A stretch of DNA of 64,000 nucleotides from an uncultured Bacteroidota bacterium (GTDB taxonomy: Bacteria; Bacteroidota; Bacteroidia; Flavobacteriales; Flavobacteriaceae), in assembly GCA_902602415.1 (NCBI GenBank), contig CACKQW010000001.1, positions 22,342 to 86,341 of the forward strand, written 5' to 3'. Made by a program: the position numbers and the translations under genes. The notes beneath the pieces were generated by a model. That model was not told the DNA's origin. It was given only the letters and a program-made list of their open reading frames with translations, and did no database searches. Positions 30,769 to 40,232 of the stretch are shown in pieces. How positions within the stretch are numbered: position 1 is the first letter of the stretch; each line of letters opens with the position of its first letter.

Positions 30769-30841
30769 TGGCCTATGGTGTAACTGGCAACACGTCTGGT
30801 TTTGGTCCAGAAGAGTCTAGGTTCGATCCCTAGTAGGCCAA
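30769..30841 (+). tRNA. tRNA-Gln (anticodon UUG)
   Basis: Hand-folded. Acceptor TGGCCTA/TAGGCCA (U1-A72 as in bacterial tRNA-Gln); D stem GTGT/ACAC; anticodon stem TCTGG/CCAGA with loop TTTTGGT (TTG at 30802-30804); T stem CTAGG/CCTAG with loop TTCGATC. No encoded CCA. Confidence 0.9.
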
Positions 30842-30873
30842 CAGCTAGCAAATATTCAATAAATATTTTATTG

Positions 30874-30881
30874 TATATTTG
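30874..30881 (+). promoter_or_regulatory. -7 box TATATTTG between tRNA-Gln and the rimP leader hairpin
   Basis: Exact TAnnTTTG match, 24 nt before the hairpin and 59 nt before the rimP ATG. Confidence 0.4.
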
Positions 30882-30905
30882 TATCACTGATTAATTAAAA
30901 ATTAT

Positions 30906-30932
30906 GAGGGGACCTATAAGTCCCCTCTTTTT
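30906..30932 (+). terminator. intrinsic terminator-like hairpin plus U-tract between tRNA-Gln and rimP
   Basis: GAGGGGAC (30906-30913), loop CTATAA, GTCCCCTC (30920-30927), then TTTTT (30928-30932). Perfect 8-bp GC-rich stem. Confidence 0.75.
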
Positions 30933-30940
30933 ATAGAACA

Positions 30941-31402
30941 ATGTTAGAAGAAAAGCTTAAAGAAATTTTAGAAGATTGCTTTCAGTACAGTAATGACTTA
31001 TTTCTTATTGATTTTAAAGTTGTTAATGGAAATGACATAACTATAACTGTTGATGGTGACAATGGTGTAGCAGTAGAGGATTGCATCCATATCAGCAGGT
31101 TTGTGGAGTCACAATTGGATCGTGATAAATATGATTTTTCTTTGGAAGTTACTTCATGCGGTGCATACTCTGATTTAGTAAAATTAAGACAATATAAAAA
31201 ACATTTAGGTAGAGTCTTATCTGTTAAAACTCAAAACGAAAACTATGAAGGTATGTTAACAGAATTAAATAAAAACTCAATTGTTTTAAATTGGAAGCAA
31301 AGAGAACCAAAAAAAATAGGAAAAGGAAAGGTAACAGTTAATAAATCCGTAGATATCAACTTTTTGGATATTACTGAAGCCAAAGTAAAAGTAAAAATTT
31401 AA
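30941..31402 (+). CDS. rimP: ribosome maturation factor RimP
   Basis: 153 aa, immediately upstream of nusA-infB (conserved operon position). RimP-like N-terminal and Sm-like C-terminal layout. Confidence 0.88.
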   Translation: MLEEKLKEILEDCFQYSNDLFLIDFKVVNGNDITITVDGDNGVAVEDCIHISRFVESQLDRDKYDFSLEVTSCGAYSDLVKLRQYKKHLGRVLSVKTQNENYEGMLTELNKNSIVLNWKQREPKKIGKGKVTVNKSVDINFLDITEAKVKVKI

Positions 31403-31406
31403 CAAT

Positions 31407-32639
31407 ATGGACAATATAACTCTCATTGAATCATTTGCTGATTTTAAAGACGATAAACTTATTGATCGAGTAACATTAATGGCAATTTTAGAAGAAGTTT
31501 TTAGAGGTGCCCTCAGAAGAAAATATGGCGATGATGAAAATTTTGATGTAATCATTAATCCCGATAAGGGTGATTTGGAAATTTGGAGGAATAGAATAGT
31601 TGTTGAAGATGGCGAGGTGGAGGATGAAAATTTAGAAATCGAGCTAACAGAAGCAAGGAAAATTGAGCCTGATTTTGAAGTTGGTGAAGATGTTTCCGAA
31701 GAAGTAAAGTTAGTTGATCTTGGTAGAAGAGCTATTCTAGCATTAAGACAAAATTTAACTTCAAAACTTCATGAACATGATAACACTAACGTTTATAAGA
31801 AGTTCAAAGAATTAGAAGGAGAAATATACAGCGCTGAGGTTCATCACATAAGGCACAAAGCAATAATATTACTAGACGACGAAGGAAATGAGATAATTAT
31901 GCCTAAAGATAAGCAGATTCCATCTGATTTTTTTAGAAAGGGTGATAATATCAGGGGTGTGATTGAGAGTGTTGAATTAATTGGAACAAAACCTTCAATT
32001 ATTTTATCTAGAACCTCACCATTATTTTTAGAAAAACTATTTGAGCAAGAAATACCTGAGGTTTTCGATGGATTAATTACGATTAAAAAGGTGGTGAGAA
32101 TCCCAGGAGAAAAAGCAAAAGTTTCTGTTGATTCTTATGATGACCGGATTGATCCAGTTGGTGCATGCGTTGGAATGAAGGGATCAAGAATTCATGGAAT
32201 CGTTAGGGAATTAGGAAATGAAAATATTGATGTAATAAATCACACCAATAATCTTCAATTATTTATTTCAAGAGCCTTAAATCCAGCCAAATTAAATTCA
32301 ATGAAAATTGATGAAGAAAATAAAAGAGTGGAGGTTATTCTAAATCCAGAGGAGGTAAGTAAAGCTATTGGAAGAGGTGGACATAATATTAGGCTTGCAG
32401 GCCAATTAACCGGTTACGAAATTGATGTATTTAGGGAAGGAGTTGAGGAAGATGTTGAACTTACAGAATTTTCAGATGAAATAGAATCATGGATTATTGA
32501 AGAGCTTGCAAAAGCTGGCCTTGATACAGCAAAAAGTGTTTTAGAACAAGACGTTAATGACCTTGTCAAGAGAACTGATTTGGAAGAGGAAACAATTAAT
32601 GATGTCTTGCGAATTTTAAAAGAGGAGTTTGAAGATTAG
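31407..32639 (+). CDS. nusA: transcription termination/antitermination factor NusA
   Basis: 410 aa. N-terminal domain, S1 domain, two KH domains (GACVGMKGSRI, GRGGHNIRLA). Confidence 0.97.
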   Translation: MDNITLIESFADFKDDKLIDRVTLMAILEEVFRGALRRKYGDDENFDVIINPDKGDLEIWRNRIVVEDGEVEDENLEIELTEARKIEPDFEVGEDVSEEVKLVDLGRRAILALRQNLTSKLHEHDNTNVYKKFKELEGEIYSAEVHHIRHKAIILLDDEGNEIIMPKDKQIPSDFFRKGDNIRGVIESVELIGTKPSIILSRTSPLFLEKLFEQEIPEVFDGLITIKKVVRIPGEKAKVSVDSYDDRIDPVGACVGMKGSRIHGIVRELGNENIDVINHTNNLQLFISRALNPAKLNSMKIDEENKRVEVILNPEEVSKAIGRGGHNIRLAGQLTGYEIDVFREGVEEDVELTEFSDEIESWIIEELAKAGLDTAKSVLEQDVNDLVKRTDLEEETINDVLRILKEEFED

Positions 32640-32649
32640 ATTTTTTTAG

Positions 32650-35181
32650 ATGTCAAAAACAATAAGATTAAATAAGGTACTTAGAGAGTTAAACATCTCG
32701 ATTGATAGAGTTGCAGAATTTTTATCATCCAAGGGGCACTCTATTGAAAAGAGGCCAACAACCAAAATATCACAAGAGCTTTATGACTTATTGTGTGACG
32801 AATTTCATATCGATGCAGATAAAAAAATAGCATCTCAAGAAGCTGTAGAGGCAAAGAATAAGGAAAAACAAGAACTAAGGGAAAAGCAAGAAAACTTAGC
32901 TTCAGGTTCAGAAAAAGAGAGTGAGGTAATTAGAGCTTCGTCGAAAGTAGTTCAATTCAAAAAACTCGGAAAAATTGATTTAGAAAAAAAATCATCTAAA
33001 ATCAGTAGTCCCAAAATTGATAAGGAAAACTCATTAGATAAAACAAATATTGTTTCCGCTAAAAAAGATAATTATAAAACGCTTTCTGGTTTAAAATCAA
33101 CTGGTGAGACAATAGATTTGGATAAATTTAAAAAAAATGATGAATCTAAAGTTGAGCCGAAGTCTAAGAGAAAAAGGAAAAGAATTTTATCCAAAGGTGT
33201 TGAAAACAGTTCTAAAGGTTCAATTTCCACTAAAAACAAACTCAAAGACAAACCAAAAAATATTGTCAAAGATGAGCCAAGTGAAGAAGAGGTTCAGCAG
33301 CAGATTAAAGAAACGCTGGAAAAACTCCAAGGAAAATCTTCCAAGGGAAAAGCTGCAAAATACAGAAAAGACAAAAGAGATCAACATAAGCTTAAGTCTG
33401 AAGAGGAATTAGCTGAGATTGAAAAAGCAAGTAAAATACTTAAGGTAACCGAGTTTGTAACAGCTAATGAGCTAGCCTCGATGATGGATGTCTCAACAAC
33501 GGAAATTATTTCTGCCTGCATGACCCTTGGAATGATGGTAACTTTAAACCAAAGATTAGATGCGGAAACTTTGTCGATAGTAGCTGAAGAGTTTGGTTAC
33601 AAGGTTGAATTCACGACAGCTGAAATTGAAGAAGAAATTGAAGAAATAGAACATAACCCAGAGGATCTTATTCAAAGACCAGCAATAGTCACAGTGATGG
33701 GGCATGTTGACCATGGTAAGACTTCTTTGCTTGATTATATTAGAAAAGAAAATGTCATTGCAGGTGAATCGGGTGGAATCACTCAGCACATAGGTGCTTA
33801 TTCGGTTGAATTACCAAATGAAGAAAAAATTACTTTTTTAGATACTCCTGGTCATGAAGCATTTACTGCCATGAGGGCAAGAGGTGCGCAGGTAACTGAT
33901 TTAGTTATAATTGTTATTGCTGCAGATGATGATATCATGCCTCAAACTAAAGAAGCTATTTCTCATGCTCAAGCCGCTGGAGTTCCAATAGTAATTGCAA
34001 TTAATAAAATTGATAAACCCGATGCTAACCCTGACAAAGTCAAAGAGAGTTTATCTAACATGAATTTGTTAGTTGAGGACTGGGGAGGAAAAATTCAGTC
34101 GCAAGATATTTCTGCATTGAAAGGGGATGGTATTAATGAATTATTAGAAAAGGTTTTATTGGAAGCTGAATTACTCGAGTTAAAAGCCAATCCAAAGATT
34201 GATGCTAGTGGATCAGTTATTGAAGCACTGCTTGATAAAGGAAGAGGATACGTCTCTACTGTTCTAGTTCAATCTGGTACATTGAAAGTTGGAGATTTTG
34301 TCTTGGCTGGTAAGAACAGTGGAAAGGTAAAAGCTATGCAAGATGAAAGAGGAAATGAAGTTAAATTTGCAGGACCCTCAATTCCAGTTTCCATTTTGGG
34401 TTTAGACGGTGCACCTCAAGCTGGGGATAAATTTTCTGTCTTTAAAGACGAAAGAGAGGCAAAACAGATTGCAGTAAAGAGAGATCAGCTTCAGAGAGAA
34501 CAAACTGTTAGAACACAAAAACAACTTACACTTGATGAAATTGGAAGAAGAATTGCTATTGGAGAATTCAAAGAATTTAATATTATTTTAAAAGGTGATG
34601 TTGATGGCTCCGTAGAAGCATTGACAGATTCTTTCCAAAAGCTATCAACCGAAGAAATTCAGGTAAATATTATTCATAAGGCAGTTGGAGCAATTACTGA
34701 GAGTGATGTTTTGTTAGCTTCCGCATCCGATGCTATTGTAATTGGTTTTAATGTTAGGCCAATGGGTAATGCTAGACAAATTGCAGATAAAGAACAAATT
34801 GATATAAGAACATACTCAATAATATATGATGCGATCAATGATATCAAAGATGCCATGGAAGGGATGCTTTCTCCAGATTTCAAGGAAGAGATAACAGGAT
34901 ATTGCGAAATTAGAGAGACATTTAAAATTTCCAAAATTGGAACTATTGCAGGGTGTATGGTTACAAAAGGTAAAATTTTAAGGAATTCCGAGATCAGATT
35001 GATCAGAGATGGAATTGTTATCTACACTGGTGTGTTGTCGTCATTAAAAAGATTTAAGGATGATGTTAAAGAAGTTGCTAAAGGATATGATTGTGGACTT
35101 CAAGTAAAGGATTACAAAGATTTAAAAATTGGGGATCAAATTGAAGCTTTTGTAAATGTAGCTATAAAAAAGAAAATTTAA
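32650..35181 (+). CDS. infB: translation initiation factor IF-2
   Basis: 843 aa. Lys-rich N-terminal region. G domain [21 protein letters not shown]. Confidence 0.97.
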   Translation: MSKTIRLNKVLRELNISIDRVAEFLSSKGHSIEKRPTTKISQELYDLLCDEFHIDADKKIASQEAVEAKNKEKQELREKQENLASGSEKESEVIRASSKVVQFKKLGKIDLEKKSSKISSPKIDKENSLDKTNIVSAKKDNYKTLSGLKSTGETIDLDKFKKNDESKVEPKSKRKRKRILSKGVENSSKGSISTKNKLKDKPKNIVKDEPSEEEVQQQIKETLEKLQGKSSKGKAAKYRKDKRDQHKLKSEEELAEIEKASKILKVTEFVTANELASMMDVSTTEIISACMTLGMMVTLNQRLDAETLSIVAEEFGYKVEFTTAEIEEEIEEIEHNPEDLIQRPAIVTVMGHVDHGKTSLLDYIRKENVIAGESGGITQHIGAYSVELPNEEKITFLDTPGHEAFTAMRARGAQVTDLVIIVIAADDDIMPQTKEAISHAQAAGVPIVIAINKIDKPDANPDKVKESLSNMNLLVEDWGGKIQSQDISALKGDGINELLEKVLLEAELLELKANPKIDASGSVIEALLDKGRGYVSTVLVQSGTLKVGDFVLAGKNSGKVKAMQDERGNEVKFAGPSIPVSILGLDGAPQAGDKFSVFKDEREAKQIAVKRDQLQREQTVRTQKQLTLDEIGRRIAIGEFKEFNIILKGDVDGSVEALTDSFQKLSTEEIQVNIIHKAVGAITESDVLLASASDAIVIGFNVRPMGNARQIADKEQIDIRTYSIIYDAINDIKDAMEGMLSPDFKEEITGYCEIRETFKISKIGTIAGCMVTKGKILRNSEIRLIRDGIVIYTGVLSSLKRFKDDVKEVAKGYDCGLQVKDYKDLKIGDQIEAFVNVAIKKKI

Positions 35182-35615
35182 TTTTCTTCATCTTTGTTTA
35201 ATTTCCTATCCTCAAAGTTTATCGATTTAGTTGGTTTAAAGATAAATGCATTTGGATATTTTTTTCTTAATTCCAAAATTTCTTTTTCAGCTTCAATTAA
35301 AGTGTAATAATTGCCAATCCAAATTTTATAATTTGGAGCTTCATATTTAATAATTGCAGAAGAATCATTGTATAAAATTTTATATTCACTAATTGTATTT
35401 TCAGCTTCATCTCTACTTCCATTAAAAATTTGAATCTTATAATTTTCAATTTCAGAATTTAATTCTTTTTTTAAATCAATTAATTTCACCAATGTACTAT
35501 CCATATTTATTGTTACTTTTCCGTCTTGGGAAAATAAATCTTTGCTAAAAATTAGTAGCACAATGCATAAAAAAATTGGCCTGAGTTTAAAATTTTGATA
35601 GCTAAAAATCATCAT
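35178..35615 (-). CDS. SPOR domain-containing protein
   Basis: 145 aa. Signal/anchor sequence. C-terminal SPOR-like beta-alpha-beta repeat ([15 protein letters not shown] ... [30 protein letters not shown]). Confidence 0.72.
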   Translation of the reverse strand: MMIFSYQNFKLRPIFLCIVLLIFSKDLFSQDGKVTINMDSTLVKLIDLKKELNSEIENYKIQIFNGSRDEAENTISEYKILYNDSSAIIKYEAPNYKIWIGNYYTLIEAEKEILELRKKYPNAFIFKPTKSINFEDRKLNKDEEN

Positions 35616-35704
35616 ATAAAAAAACTATTATTTAGAATGAATATAAATTACGTTTTTATGATTAATATTACTAAATTTATAAATAAAATAAACATAATAC
35701 GCCG

Positions 35705-35712
35705 TATTTTTG
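35705..35712 (+). promoter_or_regulatory. -7 box TATTTTTG upstream of actA (ACIII-oxidase operon)
   Basis: Exact TAnnTTTG match, 28 nt before the ATG. No clear -33 TTG seen. Confidence 0.4.
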
Positions 35713-35740
35713 TGCAAGATTTTAACAGGCGTTTTTTTGA

Positions 35741-37072
35741 ATGAATTCAAAAATATTTAGAAGATTCTTTTTTACAGATTTGTTTAATCATTCTAAGACT
35801 TTAAGCAACACCTTTTTGCGCGCTTCAATTTTAATTTTTGTCTTTTTATTCTCAACTCCTATATTTTCTCAAGATGGTGATCCTGTGGCAGGGAAAGCCC
35901 TATTTAATTCCAATTGTGCATCATGTCATAAGTTAGATAAAAAAATGACTGGGCCTGCTTTAAGGAATGTGGAGGCTAGACTTTTAGAAGATGAAGGACT
36001 GGATAGAGATTGGCTATATAAGTGGATTAGAAATAGCTCCTCATTAATCAAGTCTGGAGATGATTATGCAAACAGAATTTATCTAGAGTATAACAGGGCC
36101 GCCATGACTGCATATCCCCAGTTGACAAATGTTGATATTGATAATATTCTAGCATATACTGCACAAGAAAAAGTAGTTCCAAAGCCTGTTGCTACTGCAG
36201 TAGCTGCTGCTGCTGTGCCTACGAATAGTACTGGGTTAACTGATGAAATCATTTTAGGTGTTTTCACTGTTTTATTCTTATTACTTTCCGTTGGTTTAAT
36301 TGTGGTCACAAAAACTTTACGTGATTTAGCCAAAACAAAGGGTGTAAAAATTGAAGAAAAGAAAAAAGGTAAGCCAATTTGGAAAGCTTATTTAGAAAAC
36401 CAGTTTTTAATGCTTTGTACTGCGGTCTTATTTTTATTGGTAAGCGCATACGGATTTTATGGATGGTCAATGCAGGTTGGAGTAAATCAAGGATACATGC
36501 CAATACAGCCAATTCATTACTCTCATAAAATACATTCGGGGGACAATAAAATCGATTGTAATTATTGTCATTCATCTGCAAAGGTTAGTAAGCATTCTGG
36601 AATTCCGTCACTGAACATATGTATGAATTGTCATAAAAGCATTTATGAATATAATGGTGAAACTTCTGAGGAATATTCAAAAGAATTTTATGATAATGAA
36701 ATTCAAAAGCTATACAAAGCAGTTGGGTGGGATGATGAGGCGCAGGAATACACAGGTGTTACTTACCCTGTCAAATGGGTAAGAATACATAATCTCCCTG
36801 ATTTTGCGTATTTTAATCATGCACAACACGTATCAGTTGCCGGAATTGAGTGTCAAACTTGCCATGGGCCTGTTGAAGAAATGGAAATTATGTATCAACA
36901 CTCGTCTTTAACAATGGGTTGGTGTATTAACTGTCATCGGGAAACAAATGTAAAGGTCAAAGACAATGAGTATTACGATAAAATTCATAAAGAGCTTTCG
37001 AAAAAGTATGGAGTTGAACAATTAACCGCTGCTCAAATGGGTGGATTGGAATGTGGTAAATGTCATTATTAA
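35741..37072 (+). CDS. actA: alternative complex III subunit ActA, multihaem cytochrome c with extra N-terminal monohaem domain
   Basis: 443 aa. Six CxxCH motifs (CASCH, CNYCH, CMNCH, CQTCH, CINCH, CGKCH). One central TM helix. First gene of the act operon. Confidence 0.85.
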   Translation: MNSKIFRRFFFTDLFNHSKTLSNTFLRASILIFVFLFSTPIFSQDGDPVAGKALFNSNCASCHKLDKKMTGPALRNVEARLLEDEGLDRDWLYKWIRNSSSLIKSGDDYANRIYLEYNRAAMTAYPQLTNVDIDNILAYTAQEKVVPKPVATAVAAAAVPTNSTGLTDEIILGVFTVLFLLLSVGLIVVTKTLRDLAKTKGVKIEEKKKGKPIWKAYLENQFLMLCTAVLFLLVSAYGFYGWSMQVGVNQGYMPIQPIHYSHKIHSGDNKIDCNYCHSSAKVSKHSGIPSLNICMNCHKSIYEYNGETSEEYSKEFYDNEIQKLYKAVGWDDEAQEYTGVTYPVKWVRIHNLPDFAYFNHAQHVSVAGIECQTCHGPVEEMEIMYQHSSLTMGWCINCHRETNVKVKDNEYYDKIHKELSKKYGVEQLTAAQMGGLECGKCHY

Positions 37073-37083
37073 ATATTTAATTA

Positions 37084-40000
37084 TTGATGTCAGAAAATAA
37101 AAAATATTGGAAGAATTTAGCAGAGCTCAACTCTGAAAATAAAAAGGTATTTGAAAAGTTGAGAAATGATGAGTTTACTCAAGAAATTCCTGTTGATGAA
37201 ATTTTAACCGATCCAAATAACTTAGAAAATTCAAATACATCCCGTAGAGATTTTTTAAAGTATATTGGTTTCAGTACAGCAGCAGCAACACTAGCTGCCT
37301 GTGAGGGGCCGGTAGTTAAATCAATACCCTATGTGGTTCAACCAAAAGAAATTATTCCTGGTATAGCTAACTTCTATGCTACAACAATTGCAAATGGTTT
37401 TGATTTTGCAAATATCTTAATTAAAAATCGTGAAGGAAGACCAATAAAGGTTGAAAAGAATTCACTAGCTGATGACTCAATGTCTGCCAATGCAAGAGTA
37501 CATGCCTCAGTTTTAGATCTATATGATAATTCGAGGCTTGCACAACCGATGAAAGATAATTTACCTATTTCATGGTTTACATTTGAGTATGAAACATTGT
37601 CAGAATTGCAAAGGTTGTCAAAAGAAAAAAAGGAAATAGTTCTATTAACCCAAACATTTGCTAGTCCTTCAACAAAAAATTTAATTGAGAAGTTTAAGGA
37701 TAAATATGAGTCTGCAAGTCACATTACCTATGATCCGATTTCTGAGTCAGAAGCTTTAGATGCTTTTGAGCAAAGATATGGAATCAGGGGGCTTGCAAAC
37801 TATGATTTTTCAAACACCAAGCTTATTTTGTCAATTGGAGCTGATTTCTTGGGAGACTGGCAAGGAGGCGGATTTGATTGCTCTTATACAAAAGGGAGGA
37901 TACCGGATGACGGAAAAATGTCAAGACATATTCAGTTTGAATCCAATATGACTCTTTCTGGAGCAAACGCTGATCTGAGAGTTCCCCTAAGAATTAATGA
38001 GCAGAAGTTGATTCTCATTGAAATTTATAAATCACTATTTGGAGATAATAAACTAAAATTAGAATCTAATCTTCAATTAAGTAAAAAGCTTCAAAACATA
38101 GTTGACACAACAATCAAGGAGCTAAAGTCAGCTAAAGCTGGCGCGGTTGTCATCACTGGAATTCAAGAGAAAGAGTATCAGCTTATTGCCCTTGAAATAA
38201 ATGAAAAAATCAAGAGTATTGCATTCAAACCTAATGAAACAATTTTAACAAGATCTTCAAAGAATAAAGCCTTTGATGACATGATTATTAGAATGAATGA
38301 AGGTAAGGTAGGTGCTGTGATCACTGCCGGTGTAAATCCAGTGTATTCTCTAGCTGATTCGAAAAGCTTTGTCAAAGCCTTCAAAAATTTAGAATTATCT
38401 ATTTGTTTTTCTCAGAAAAATGATGAAACAGCATCTCTGTCAAAATATGTAGCTGCCAGTAATCATTATCTAGAGTCATGGTGTGATTATGAATTCAAAT
38501 CAGGAGAATATTCTCTTGCTCAACCGGTAATTAAAACACTATTTAACACGAAACAATTTCAAGATTTATTATTAGTTTGGGCTGGTTCTAAGTCTTCATA
38601 TCACGATTTTATAAAAGCTAATTGGAAAAAAAATATTTTAGAAAAAGAGTCATGGAATAAGTCTCTTCATGACGGAGTATTTTTCAAAAAATCAAAAAAT
38701 ATTTCAAAAGGGAATTTCATATTAAAAAACAGAATTTCATCAAAAAATTTAAAATATTTTCAAATAATTCAAGATTCAAATCCGAACAAACTTGAATTAA
38801 ATCTTTATCCTAAAACTGGAATGGGAGATGGACAACAGGCAAATAACCCTTGGTTGCAAGAATTTCCTGACCCATTAACTAGAGCAACATGGGATAATTA
38901 TTTAACGATTTCTGAGTCTGACGCAAAAAACTTAAATCTATTACTTGACCCAAGTACATTTTTCAAACAATCAAGTAATGATGCCAATGGTGGTTTAAAT
39001 GGAAAATATGCTATCATCAAGTTGAATGAAAAAACTATAAAAGTTCCAGTGATGATTCAGCCTGGTCAAGCCAAGGGGACTGTAGGACTTTCATATGGCT
39101 ATGGAAGAAGCAAGGGATTGAAAGAAGAAATGATGACAGGAGTGAACGCATTTCATTTTTATGAAAATTTCAACCCTTTTCAGCTCATTGAAATTGAAGC
39201 CACCGAAGAAATACATGAGTTCGCGTGTATGCAGTTGCAAAATACATTGATGGGTAGAGGAGACATAATTAAAGAAACAACTCTCGAAGTCTTTAATACT
39301 AAAAATGTAGATGCTTGGAATAAGCAAGCTGTAGTCTCACTAAATCACATAGAAACACCTGTTTCCTCACCGGATGTTGATTTATGGCAAGAGTTTGACA
39401 GATCAATTGGGCATCACTTTAATCTATCGATTGACTTAAATGCATGTACGGGGTGTGGAGCTTGTGTGATTGCATGTCATGCAGAAAATAACGTACCTGT
39501 TGTAGGGAAAAGTGAGGTTAGAAAAAGTAGAGACATGCATTGGTTGAGGATCGATAGATATTATTCATCAGAAAACTCTTTTGAAGAAGATGATAATAAA
39601 AAAGATAATATTAGTGGATTAGGAAGCTCTTTAACATCTTTCGGTGAGCTTGAAAAACCCTCTGATAATCCGCAGGTTGCATTTCAGCCAATTATGTGTC
39701 AGCATTGTAATCATGCTCCTTGTGAAACGGTTTGCCCAGTAGCAGCTACAAGTCACGGAAGACAGGGACAAAACCATATGGCATACAATAGATGCGTTGG
39801 TACAAGGTATTGTGCGAATAATTGTCCTTACAAGGTGAGAAGATTTAATTGGTTCTTATACAATGGCAATGATGAATTTGATTATCATATGAACAATGAT
39901 TTAGGACGAATGGTAATTAACCCTGATGTTACCGTAAGATCTAGAGGAGTAATGGAGAAATGCTCATTTTGTATTCAAAATACTCAGGCTGTAATTCTCA

Positions 40001-40230
40001 AAGCAAAGCTAGAGGGAAGGCCTGTTGCAGCTGGTGAGTTTAATGACACTTGCGCTTGTGCATCAGCTTGCTCAACAGGTGCAATGAGATTTGGAGATAT
40101 AAATGAAGAAGGAAGTAAAATTGCAGAACTTAAAAATAATAAAAGAGCCTATCATCTGCTAGATGCTGTTGGTACTAAGCCGAATGTAGTTTATCAGGTT
40201 AAAGTTAGAAATATCAAAGAAAAGAGTTAG
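37084..40230 (+). CDS. actB: alternative complex III subunit ActB (molybdopterin-oxidoreductase-like plus FeS domain)
   Basis: 1048 aa. Twin-arginine signal SRRDFLKYIG. Cys clusters CTGCGACVIACH, CQHCNHAPCETVCP, CVGTRYCANNCP. The ATG at 37087 is a likely alternative to the TTG at 37084. Confidence 0.9.
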   Translation: MMSENKKYWKNLAELNSENKKVFEKLRNDEFTQEIPVDEILTDPNNLENSNTSRRDFLKYIGFSTAAATLAACEGPVVKSIPYVVQPKEIIPGIANFYATTIANGFDFANILIKNREGRPIKVEKNSLADDSMSANARVHASVLDLYDNSRLAQPMKDNLPISWFTFEYETLSELQRLSKEKKEIVLLTQTFASPSTKNLIEKFKDKYESASHITYDPISESEALDAFEQRYGIRGLANYDFSNTKLILSIGADFLGDWQGGGFDCSYTKGRIPDDGKMSRHIQFESNMTLSGANADLRVPLRINEQKLILIEIYKSLFGDNKLKLESNLQLSKKLQNIVDTTIKELKSAKAGAVVITGIQEKEYQLIALEINEKIKSIAFKPNETILTRSSKNKAFDDMIIRMNEGKVGAVITAGVNPVYSLADSKSFVKAFKNLELSICFSQKNDETASLSKYVAASNHYLESWCDYEFKSGEYSLAQPVIKTLFNTKQFQDLLLVWAGSKSSYHDFIKANWKKNILEKESWNKSLHDGVFFKKSKNISKGNFILKNRISSKNLKYFQIIQDSNPNKLELNLYPKTGMGDGQQANNPWLQEFPDPLTRATWDNYLTISESDAKNLNLLLDPSTFFKQSSNDANGGLNGKYAIIKLNEKTIKVPVMIQPGQAKGTVGLSYGYGRSKGLKEEMMTGVNAFHFYENFNPFQLIEIEATEEIHEFACMQLQNTLMGRGDIIKETTLEVFNTKNVDAWNKQAVVSLNHIETPVSSPDVDLWQEFDRSIGHHFNLSIDLNACTGCGACVIACHAENNVPVVGKSEVRKSRDMHWLRIDRYYSSENSFEEDDNKKDNISGLGSSLTSFGELEKPSDNPQVAFQPIMCQHCNHAPCETVCPVAATSHGRQGQNHMAYNRCVGTRYCANNCPYKVRRFNWFLYNGNDEFDYHMNNDLGRMVINPDVTVRSRGVMEKCSFCIQNTQAVILKAKLEGRPVAAGEFNDTCACASACSTGAMRFGDINEEGSKIAELKNNKRAYHLLDAVGTKPNVVYQVKVRNIKEKS

Positions 40231-40232
40231 AT

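Noticed and set aside
30659-30940. Possible replication origin, because genes diverge here (minus strand from about 13.4 to 30.7 kb, plus strand from 30.8 to 64 kb) and highly expressed genes flank it
   Set aside because: There is no cluster of DnaA boxes (TTATCCACA or close variants) in the gap and no dnaA/dnaN nearby. The gap is fully explained by two divergent promoter boxes, a tRNA and a terminator. GC skew could not be computed by eye.
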